Part shown: one piece after another, positions 20,809 to 30,283 of the stretch
Layout: the number at the start of each line of letters is the position of its first letter
How positions within the stretch are numbered: position 1 is the first letter of the stretch
From: an uncultured Chloroflexia bacterium
Lineage (GTDB): Bacteria > Chloroflexota > Limnocylindria > Limnocylindrales > CSP1-4
Assembly: GCA_963734535.1 (NCBI GenBank)
Contig: CAVTHS010000010.1
Location: 96,001-160,000, forward strand
Length of the DNA stretch: 64,000 nt
Direction: 5' to 3'
Translations under genes and position numbers: made by a program
The notes under the pieces: model-generated
The model's database searches: none
Seen by the model: the letters and a program-made list of their open reading frames with translations, nothing else
What the model was told of the DNA's origin: nothing

Positions 20809-22659
20809 TCACTCGGCGAGACCGGCCTTGATCCGCTCGGCGAGCGCCCGGCTGATCCCCGGGATGGCGGCGATCTGCTCCACTGGCGCCTCCCGGACCC
20901 GCTTCGCGGAACCGAACGTGCGCAGCAGCGCACGCTTGCGGGCCGGACCGACGCCCGGCAGGTCGTCGAAGGCGGACTTGACAGCCGCCTTCCGGCGCAG
21001 GTCCCGGTGGTAGGTGATCGCGAACCGGTGCGCCTCATCACGGAGCCGCTGGACGAGATAGAGCGCGGGAGACGTGGGCGGCAGGACCACCGGGTCCGGG
21101 CGGCCAGGGAGGAAGAGCTCCTCGCGCTCCTTGGCGAGGCCCACGATCGGGATCTCCCCGACCCCGAGCGCGGCGAGAACCTCGACGTCCGCGCTCAGCT
21201 GACCCTTCCCGCCGTCCACGACGATGAGGTCCGGCAGCGTCCAGCGCAGCTCCTCGGCGCTCCCCTCCTCGCCGGCCTTCGCCCGGTGGAGGCGGCGCCG
21301 CAGCATCTCCGCATGGCTCGCGAAGTCGTCCTGGCCGGGCACGTCGCGAATCCGGAATCGCCGGTACTCGCCGGTGCGCGGCTTGCCGTCCTCGAAGACG
21401 ACCATGCTGCCGACCGTGTGGCTGCCCTGGAATGTGCTGATGTCGTAGCACTCGATGCGCATCGGCAGCGCCGCCAGGCCGAGCGCGCCGGCCAGCTCCT
21501 CGAGCGCGACCAGCGTCTTGCCGTCGTCCGCGAGCCAGCGCGCCTGCTCGCGGGCCAGCGTCTCGGCGGCGTTCCGGCCAGCCAGCTCCATCAGCCGCCG
21601 CTTCTCGCCTCGCTGCGGCACGAGCAGCCGGACGCGGCGCCCGCGCCGCGCGGCGAGGAATGCCTCGAGGTCCGCCGCGTCGGCCGGGAGGGTGGGCACG
21701 AGCAGGGCCGGCGGGACCGACGACGCCCGGGCGTAGTACTGCCCGACGAACCCGGCGAGAACCTCGTCGTCGCCCGCGCTGGGGTCGGCCTCGAGAAGGA
21801 AGACGTCCCGCCCGATCAGGCTCCCGTGCCGGACGACGAAGAGCTGGACCGCGGCCTGCCCGCCCGCGCGGGCCAGGCCCAGGACGTCCTGCTCGGTCCG
21901 GGCGAAGGCGGCCATCTTCTGGTCCTCCATCGTCCGTTCGATCGAGCGCACCTTGTCGCGCAGGGCGGCGGCCCGCTCGTAGTCGGTCCGCTCGGAAGCC
22001 GCCTCCATCTCGCGGCGCAGGCCCCGTGCCACCGTCTCCTGGCGGCCCTCGAGGAAGAGCTCGACCTGCGCGATGTCGGCCCGGTATGCCTCGCGCGAGA
22101 TCGCCTCGATGCAGGGTCCCTGGCAACGCTTGATGTGGTACAGCAGGCACGGGCGCTGGAGGGTCCGCTTCCCCTCCCGGATGTCGAGCGTGCAGGTCCG
22201 GAACGGGAAGAGCCGCCGGATCAGGTTCATCGATTCGTCGACGCTGCTGGCCGACGCGTACGGCCCGAAGTAGCGGCTGCCGTCCTCGACCAGCTTCCGC
22301 GTCCGCTCGATCCGCGGGAAGTCCTCCCCCAGGCTGATCTTGATGTACGGGTAGCTCTTGTCGTCCTTCAGGCGAACGTTGAAGCGCGGCTTGAAGCGCT
22401 TGATCAGGTTCGCCTCGAGGAGCAATGCCTCGGCCACCGAGTCGGTCAGCGTGTACTCCACGTCGGCGACGCGGTCGATGACGCTCCGGATCCGGTGCGC
22501 CTCCCCGTACGGGCTCTGCCTCTGCCAGTAGCTCCGGACGCGGCTCCGCAGGCTCTGCGCCTTGCCGACATACAGCACGGTCCCGCGACCGTCGCGCATC
22601 AGGTAGACACCGGGGCGCGCGGGCAGGTTCTCGAGGGTCGCGGTGAGGTCGGGAGTCAC
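20809..22659 (-). CDS. uvrC: Excinuclease ABC subunit C
   Basis: PGVYLM, YVGKAQSLRSRV, LKDDKSYPY, RIECYDIS, DGGKGQ, RDEAHRFA, HhH tail. Confidence 0.97.
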   Translation of the reverse strand: MTPDLTATLENLPARPGVYLMRDGRGTVLYVGKAQSLRSRVRSYWQRQSPYGEAHRIRSVIDRVADVEYTLTDSVAEALLLEANLIKRFKPRFNVRLKDDKSYPYIKISLGEDFPRIERTRKLVEDGSRYFGPYASASSVDESMNLIRRLFPFRTCTLDIREGKRTLQRPCLLYHIKRCQGPCIEAISREAYRADIAQVELFLEGRQETVARGLRREMEAASERTDYERAAALRDKVRSIERTMEDQKMAAFARTEQDVLGLARAGGQAAVQLFVVRHGSLIGRDVFLLEADPSAGDDEVLAGFVGQYYARASSVPPALLVPTLPADAADLEAFLAARRGRRVRLLVPQRGEKRRLMELAGRNAAETLAREQARWLADDGKTLVALEELAGALGLAALPMRIECYDISTFQGSHTVGSMVVFEDGKPRTGEYRRFRIRDVPGQDDFASHAEMLRRRLHRAKAGEEGSAEELRWTLPDLIVVDGGKGQLSADVEVLAALGVGEIPIVGLAKEREELFLPGRPDPVVLPPTSPALYLVQRLRDEAHRFAITYHRDLRRKAAVKSAFDDLPGVGPARKRALLRTFGSAKRVREAPVEQIAAIPGISRALAERIKAGLAE

Positions 22660-22803
22660 GCCCCGATCGTACGACGCGGGCGCGGAATCGGCGGTGGCAC
22701 GAAGGCCGGCGGCGAGCGCGCGCAGCTGGGTCAGATCGCCGGGTGCAGCGTTGCCACCGGCACCCGTGGGCCGGCAGGTCCGAGAGACCGACTGCTCGAC
22801 ACA

Positions 22804-22840
22804 CAGGAAGGCCGGGGCGGCGAACCGTCCCGGCCTCCTG
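22804..22840. terminator. Hairpin downstream of the nucleotidase gene
   Basis: caggaaggccgggg...tcccggcctcctg imperfect inverted repeat. Confidence 0.4.
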
Positions 22841-22888
22841 CCTGTCCGGCGCGATCCTCAGTGGGTCCGCGCCGTCATCACGACGAAC

Positions 22889-25800
22889 TTACCGCCATCG
22901 CGCCTGGCGAGCCGGCGACCAGCTCACGCCGGGCGTCGGATCCCCGCCGAAGCGGGCGCGAACGGAGATGAGCTTCGACGTGGAGGACCGCCACCAGAAG
23001 TAGACGTTCCCCGAGGCGTCCGCCACGCGGCTCGTGAGCCGTGTGAACGCGCCCCATGTGCCGTTGGTCTTCCTGGTGGCGACCCAGATCTGAACAGTGC
23101 TGCCAGCCTGGCTCGAGCCCCCCGCGAAGCGCCAGGTGACGTACTTGCCCCGCGTCACCACCTTGGTGGTGGAACTGAATGGCCCGACCTTGGTCGCGCC
23201 GGCCGCGGTCGCCGTGGCCGTGGAGGCGGATCCCGCGACGGGCTTGAAGACGAGGCGCCCCTCGATCGCCGGCGACACCGTGCCCTTCGCGGTGACGTAG
23301 TCGATGACCGCGTCCCGCACGTAGTACTGCGTGTCGTTGAGGATCTTGTTGAGCGGCCAGAGGCTCACGCCGTTGTCACTGAAGTTGCACGAGCCGGCCG
23401 CGAGGTAGTTCACGGTCGAGACCCTGTAGAAGGTCGAGGCGTCCGTGAAGTTGACGGCCTTCCCGTTGATCGTCAGCGAGGCGACGTAGCTCCTGGTCGG
23501 GTCGTACGCCGCCGGCGAGACATCGTTGTATGTGATCTTGCCGACCGAGTTCGTGTCGAGCATGCAGGTGGTGTAGTAGGAGTACCCGCCGTAGCCGGGC
23601 ACGTTCTTGTAGTAGTAGTAGTTGCGGTAGCCACGCTCGAGGACCTTCTTGAGCTGCGGGCCGTTCATGCTCAGGACCACGAGCGAGTTCTCGTAGGGCA
23701 TGAGCGAGAACATGTCGGACACCTTGAGGGTGACCGGCGCGTCGGTCGTCGCGGCCGGCGCCACGGCCTTGTTGGTCATCGCGCCGGAGATGTGGACGTC
23801 GACCGAGATGTCGTGCTTGGCCAGCTCGAAGACCGCGGCGTCCGCCTGCAGGTTCGCGGCGTTCGTCTCGGTCGTGAATGCCTGGAGCGCGTCGATCGGG
23901 GCCGTTGTCTTCCCGAGGACGGTGTCGTTGTATGCGTTCAGCTGCGTGGCGTAGGGATCGACGATCGCCTTGATCTCCGGGTCCTCGGGCGTCGTCATCG
24001 TGACGCTGAGGTACTGCCCGGCCCGGCTGACGACCTCGTAGCCGCCGCCCTTCTTCTCGCGCACGCCCAGGACAACCTCGCCGAGCGTGTTGTTGTACCG
24101 GTATGCCTGGTTGATGATCACCGGCGTGTTGCCCGGGCCGGCGACGATCGTGGGCAGGAACTTGTAGGGAGCTTCCGGGTTCGCCGGGTTGGTGTGGCTG
24201 TGGCTCCCGATGATCGCGTCGACGCCGGGGACGTCGGCGGCGAAGTTCGTGTCGACGTTGTTGTCGACCTCGACGCTCTTCGGGTTCGTTGTGAATCCGA
24301 TGTGGGTCAGGGCGATGACCACGTCATCCTTGGCCTTGAGCGTCGGAGCGATGGCCTTGCCGGTGGTGATCGGGTTCGAGAACGTCAGCCCCGGGATGTT
24401 GCTCGGCAGCTCGTAGTTCGGGACGCGGTGGTTCGTGATCCCGAGGATCGCGACCTTGATTCCGCCCAGCGTCGTCTCCAGGTAGGGCTTCACGCCGGCG
24501 CCGCCGTTCGCGGCGGCGAGTCCATACGTCGCCCGAGTCGGCAACGTTGGCGCCGAGGATCGGGAAGGCCGCCTGGCCCAGAACGCCCTTGAAGATGGGG
24601 CTCCCGAAGTTGAACTCATGGTTGCCAAGGGTCATCGCGGTGTACTTCAGCGCGTTCATGACGGCGATCATGGGATTGGTCGTGAGCGCGGCCGGAAGCG
24701 TCGTCCCGTCGCTCGCCTTTCCGCTGAACGATGACTTGAAGTAGTACATCATCGCGTCGCCCTGGATCTGGTCACCCCCGTCCAGGAGGATCGTCCGGGT
24801 CGGATTGTGCAGGCGCTCCTGCTTGATGAGCGTCGCCAGCTGGGTCATCCCGACAAAGGCGCCCTTGGCGAGGTTGCCGTGGGAGTCGTTGTTGTGGAGG
24901 ATCGTGATCGGGAGGATCGAGCCGCTGTCGGGCGTGTCGGATCCATCACGGACGATCCGGCCATCGAGCTTCCCGTTGCCGCTCGGCCCCTTGTACGCCG
25001 TAGCGGGGGTGCCGTACTTCGCCGCAACGTACGCGTCAACCGCATTCAGCATGTCGCCCCAGTACGTAACGTGCGTCATGTACTTGAAGCCGCCGTAGCC
25101 GTCGCCGCCAGCCGGGGCCAGGAACTCGTTCGTGCCGACCTTGTACGTCTTCTTGAGATCGATCGGGTCGCAGGCCTTGGTCGTCTTGTTGACGATGCAG
25201 GAGTCGAAGGCGCCCCAGGCGTAGGGCTGCGGGCCCGGGTTCTTGTCCCGGTACGCGTAGTACGAGAACTTGAGCCCGGCCGGCTGAATGACCCCGTTCG
25301 ACACGAGGGGCGCCTGGTTGAGCACCTCCAGGATCTGCGCCCCGGTCATCTCCCCGACCACGGTCGCGTTGCCGAAGGGCAGGATCGTGAACATGTTCCC
25401 GTAGGTCAACAGCGCCGGCGCGTGGGTGCCGTCGGCGCAGCCCGAGTTCGTCCACGCCGTGCCGCTGTAGCACCAGTCGGTCCGGATGCCGCCCGCGTTG
25501 TTCAGGAACACGTCCACGTCGTTCGCGGCCGTGGCATCCGTGTTGAGGTAGTTGTAGATGGCGTCGTCGACGAACGTGCCCATCATGTTGTCGACGGCGC
25601 CGCCCAGGCGGGGCAGGTCGACGGCGCTGTAACCGATCGGCTTGTTGATCAGCGCCTGGTACGCGGCATCGGAGGCGAAGCCGCTGACCAGCGTGTCGAC
25701 CGTCGGATCCTTGTCACCGGTCGTGAAGCCCGTCGTCCTCGACCAGGCCACCGAGATCGCCCCGGCGGGGCTGACGGTGACGTCCGCGCGGCCGACCGTG

Positions 25801-26675
25801 CGGCCGTTGTAGTACGCCTGCACGACGGCGGTCGAGCCCACCATCGTCGCGGCGGTCAGGTTCGAGTGGCTATGGCCGCCGATGATGAGGTTGACCGGCT
25901 TGCCGGCGGTGTTCAGCTTCGCGGCGAGGGTCTGGTCTCCGTAGACCGGGATGCCGTATCCGTATCCGCCGTCGGCGTATCCGAGATGGCTCAGCACCAC
26001 GATCGCGTCGGCGCCCGCCGACTTCATCGCGTCGTAGTAGTGCAGGATCGAGTCGACCGGGTCCTTGAAGCAAGTGCCCGCGGTCGATGAGGCGATCGTA
26101 ATGGTCGGCGTCTCCTGGGTCGTCACCCCGATGAAGGCGACCTTCACCGTGTTCGGAGCCGTCCCGACCTCCTTGATCACGTAGGGCGCCGACACGAAGG
26201 CCGGCTTGCCCCAGCCCGCGGTCGCGCAGTCCGCGGTGTTCTTGACGACGATGTTGGCCGACACGTGCGGGAACGTCGATTGGGTCACGCGCTGGCCGAG
26301 GACCGTCTGGCCCCAATCGAACTCGTGGTTCCCGAAGGTCGCCACGTCGTAGCCCATCGCGTTGAATGCTGCGATCGTGGGCTTGCCCTGCTGGAGATTC
26401 GAGAGCAGGGAACCCTGCATCTCGTCGCCGGCGTCGACAAGCAGCGTGTTCGCCGCGCCGACGGCCGTCCGAACGTCATTGACGACCTTGGCCACGCGCG
26501 CGATCCCGGGGTTGCTGCCCGACGCTTCGAGCTGGCCGTGGAAGTCGTTCGTGTGGAGGATCGTGAACGTGACCGCGGTCGCCGGCGGGGCCGCGCTGGC
26601 GGCGGCGGGCAGCAGGGACACGAGCATTGCGACCGCCATGAACGGGGCGGCAAGGCGGAAACGACGACTCCGCAC
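22889..26675 (-). CDS. Secreted 5'-nucleotidase / 2',3'-cyclic phosphodiesterase with two tandem metallophosphoesterase + 5'NT_C modules (one frameshift near 24530)
   Basis: Signal peptide. Module 1: ILHTNDFHG, DAGD, GNHEFD, LSHLG, GGHSH. Module 2: ILHNNDSHG, DGGD, GNHEFN, LTHIG, GSHSH. C-domain motifs NAGGIR/LPFGN and MPYEN/VNYLA. Confidence 0.88.
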
Positions 26676-27149
26676 GGGGGCACCTCCGGCTCCAGGGCGA
26701 CGCACAGGGGTGCGTCGTACCGTTGGTGCAGAGCGAGGACGCGAGGGTCCGGCGCCGCTGACGGCAGCTGGGGGACCGCGCTGCACGATTGCTGGCCACA
26801 ACGGTACCGAACCGCAACCCGTCGCACAGGGCCATCCCGCACTCTGCAAGGTGACACGCGGCAGAAGGCAGTGCCGGAAAGTGGTCGGCGGGACGCGCCG
26901 GTGTTACGCGCGCATCCCGCCGATGGTGTCCGAAGCCAGCCCGGCCATGAGCTCGACTCGGCGACGTGGGCAGCCTCGCGCGCCCGGTCTTCCAGGTCGA
27001 TCACCCGTTTGGGGTCAGTCGGTGCGCCGGGGCACTCCCCCATCCGTACCGGTCGACCCGCCTGGCAGCCCCGTGCGGCAATCGCGGACGCCGCGACTCA
27101 TTGGCACCCGGGGTGAGGGCCAGTGCAGCCGCCACGGCCACACTGCGGC

Positions 27150-28953
27150 ATGCGCCGCGATTCCCTCTTCCGTCGCGGAACGCCTCGACCGCCTCGCACG
27201 CGACCAGCGGGACGCCGCGACGGCGCCGCCGGGCCCGGTCCTGTGCGTGGCGCCGGCCGGCAGCGGGAAGACCACGACGCTGGTGGCTCGCGTCGCCTGG
27301 CTGGTCGGCGCGGCCGGCGCCGACCCGGCGACCATCGCCGCAATCACCTTCAACACGCGCGCGGCGGAGGAGCTGCGGGCCCGTCTCGACCCGGCGCTCG
27401 CGCCGCTCGGGGTGGCGGCCGGCGCAACGCGCGTGCGCACGTTCCACGCGCTCGGCCTCGAGATCCTTCGCGACGCCGGCGTCCGCCCCGAGCTCCGCGG
27501 ACGAGATTCCATCCTTCGCCGTGCCTGCCCGGACCTGGACGCGGCCGCGCGGCGCGCGCTCGACGGCGCGTTCTCGCGGCTCAAGCTTGACCTTGCGGTC
27601 ACGGCTGCGGACGTCGGTCGCGACCCGGCACCCGGACCGGTCGCCCGGGCGTTCCTCGCATACGAGGCCGCCCTCGCGGAGGCCGGCGCGATCGACTTCG
27701 ACGACCTCGTCGCGCTCGCACTCCGACGTCTCGACGGGGATCCGGCGCTGCTGGCGCGGTGGCGGTCGCGGTGCGTCCACCTGCTCGTCGACGAGGCCCA
27801 GGACGTGGACGCGAGCCAGCTCCGGCTGGCCCTCCTTCTCGCCGCACCGGGGAACCGGATCTTCCTCGTCGGCGACGACGACCAGTCGATCTACGGCTGG
27901 AGACTGGCCGACGTCAGGAGAGTGCTGGGGCTGGCCGGGGCGCTGCCGGGTCTGCGGCGGGTGGACCTCGAGGTCAACTACCGCTGCCCCGCCCCCGTCG
28001 TCACGGCCGCGGTCCGGCTCGTGGAGCACAACGCCGAGCGGTTCGAGAAGCACGTCCGGCCCCGTCCCGGGGCGCCGGGTCGGCTGGTCCTCGCCCCGGC
28101 TGCGACGGCGCGCGACCCGGCGGCTGAGATGCTCATTGCCGCTCGCGCCCTGGACGGCTGGCCGGTCGACGGCGGCTCCCGGGCGATCCTGGCCCGGACG
28201 CGGCGCGAGCTGCTGCCGGCCGCGGCCCTGGCCCTGGCCCGCGGGATCCCGTTCCGGGCCGACGGCGTGACCCTGCTCCTCGAGGACCCGCGGCTGGACG
28301 GAATCCTCGAAGAGGCGGCGAACGCGCCGGGCACGATGCCGCCTCTCCTCCGGCTCGGCGCTGTGGCCACTGCCACGATCGGGCCAGGACGGGTGGCGCT
28401 CGTCGGGGAACCGGACGCTCTCGACTGTCCGAGCGTGCGTCGCGCCGACCGTGACTCGGCCGGCATCGAGCCGCGGGCTCCCGAGCGCCTCGACGGTGAC
28501 GCGGCCGGCCGTCCGCCGACCGATGCCGCGGACCTCGATGAATCCGGGTCGGACGTCCCGCCGATCGCTGACCTGCTCGCGGCCCTCCTCGCCTGGGCCG
28601 CGGCCTACCCCTCGCTGGCTGCGCTCGGGGCGGCGATTGCGGCCGCGCGCTCCCGTCTGGCCGCGCTCCGCGCCGCGGACCCGCTCCTGACGCTCGCCAC
28701 GGCCCACGCGACGAAGGGGCTCGAGTTCGACCACGTGGCAGTGATCGGGATGTCCGAGGGGCGCTTCCCGAGCCCGCGCTCGCTTGCCGAGGGCGGCGAT
28801 CCAACCCGGGCGCTGGAGGAGGAGCGTCGCCTCGCCTACGTGGCGTGGACGCGGGCGCGCCGGACGCTCACCCTCGTCTACGAGCCGGGCTCGCCGTCGC
28901 GGTTCCTGGAGGAGGCGTTCGGGGAAGTGGTCATCGGAGGGAAGACACGCTAA
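27150..28953 (+). CDS. Compact UvrD/PcrA-like SF1A helicase (start approximate)
   Basis: APAGSGKT, ITFNTRAA, TFHALG, DEAQD, VGDDDQSIYGWR, NYRC, TAHATKGLEF, EERRLAYVAWTRA. Confidence 0.9.
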
Positions 28954-28984
28954 GGGAGGCGGCGCCTCGCCGGCGCCGCCTCCC
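28954..28984. terminator. Probable bidirectional terminator hairpin between convergent genes
   Basis: gggaggcggcgcc-tcgcc-ggcgccgcctccc, perfect 13-bp stem immediately after the helicase TAA. Confidence 0.65.
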
Positions 28985-29015
28985 GCAGGCTGCGGTCTTC
29001 GATCGGCCGGATGGG

Positions 29016-29654
29016 CTATGGAGTCTCCCCGGCATCCGACACGGCCGCCGCGCGCATGGCCTTGCCGATGTACCAGGCGAAGATCCCGACGCCCGTCAGG
29101 GCGAAGAGGCCCAGGCTGACCCAGAACAGCGGGCGGGCCACTGCCATGTTCGACGTGCTGACGAGAAGGCTCGGCAGGTTGCCCAGGTTGGCTTGGTCCT
29201 GCGCCTCCATGCCGTAGACCTGGGGGACGATGTAGAGGATCGAGGCGATCACGAGCAGGACGCTCTCGAGGCGGAAGGCCGCCGGATCGTCGTCCGCGTC
29301 GCGGAGGAGCTTGACGGCCAGCGTCCAGAAGAGCACGACGACGGCCAGCGGGGCGGTGATGGGGAGGCCGTCGCCGGTGAGGTAGAGGTTCGGCATCAGG
29401 AAGATCATGCTGAGCCCGAGGGTGACGACCAGCAAGCCGTCGCGGAACAGCACGTAGGACAACCACCAGACGTCGCCACCGAAGCGGAGGGTCAGGCGCC
29501 GCAGGAAGCGGATGATGTATGGGCGGGAGAAATGCAGGATCAGGGTGAACGACCAGAGGATCGGCAGGACGGCGGCCACGGACAGCACCATCCACCCGGC
29601 CCCGCCGGAGGTCAGGGTCGTCGCGAGCTGGTCGGCGTTGAGGGGTGCGTTCAT
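29016..29654 (-). CDS. Uncharacterised polytopic membrane protein (paralog B)
   Basis: About 5 hydrophobic helices; LHFSRPY, LTLRFGGDVWW, LPIT, LLVSTSN; start overlaps the stop of the upstream paralog. Confidence 0.8.
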   Translation of the reverse strand: MNAPLNADQLATTLTSGGAGWMVLSVAAVLPILWSFTLILHFSRPYIIRFLRRLTLRFGGDVWWLSYVLFRDGLLVVTLGLSMIFLMPNLYLTGDGLPITAPLAVVVLFWTLAVKLLRDADDDPAAFRLESVLLVIASILYIVPQVYGMEAQDQANLGNLPSLLVSTSNMAVARPLFWVSLGLFALTGVGIFAWYIGKAMRAAAVSDAGETP

Positions 29655-30283
29655 CGGTTCGACTCCGGGACTGCCGCCGCGGCGGGCTTCCGCACGTTCG
29701 TCTGGCGCAGGTTGTAGACGGCTGCCACGATCCCGAGGATCCCGACCAAGGCGGCCGAGATGTAGCAAAGCGGGAGCGCGAGGTCAGGGTTCGACGACGA
29801 GACCAGGAGCTTGACGATCCCGGGCAGGTGCGCGCCCGTCAGCTGGGTGCCCTGCACGCCGATGAGGTACGGCCCGATGTAGAGCGTGGCGCCGACGGCC
29901 AGGAGCGCGATCTGCCACTGGTAGCCGCGCCGGTCCCCGTCGCCCTTGGTCATGAGCTTGATCAGGAGCACCGCGAAGGCGCAGACGGCCGCGATGCCGC
30001 CGGTGACGGGGAGGGTCTGGGCTGTCACCACGTCCGGGTAGAAGAAGATGAAGCTGCCCAGGAAGACCTGGACCGTGAAGATGTCGCGGATCGCGACGTA
30101 GATGATCCACCACAGGTCGGCACCCAGGCGGAGCGTGAACTTGCTGGTCGCGGTGGCCATGTACGGTCGTCCGAGGTGCAATGCCAGCACCAGCAGCCAC
30201 AGGACGACGAGGGCGGCACCGATGGTGCCCTCGACGAACGCCTCGCCGGCACTGAACAGACCCGATACCTGGTCGGGCGTCAT
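29651..30283 (-). CDS. Uncharacterised polytopic membrane protein (paralog A)
   Basis: About 5 hydrophobic helices; LHLGRPY, FTLRLGADLWW, LPVT, LLVSSSN; RBS ggaggt, ATGA coupling to the oxidoreductase. Confidence 0.8.
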   Translation of the reverse strand: MTPDQVSGLFSAGEAFVEGTIGAALVVLWLLVLALHLGRPYMATATSKFTLRLGADLWWIIYVAIRDIFTVQVFLGSFIFFYPDVVTAQTLPVTGGIAAVCAFAVLLIKLMTKGDGDRRGYQWQIALLAVGATLYIGPYLIGVQGTQLTGAHLPGIVKLLVSSSNPDLALPLCYISAALVGILGIVAAVYNLRQTNVRKPAAAAVPESNR

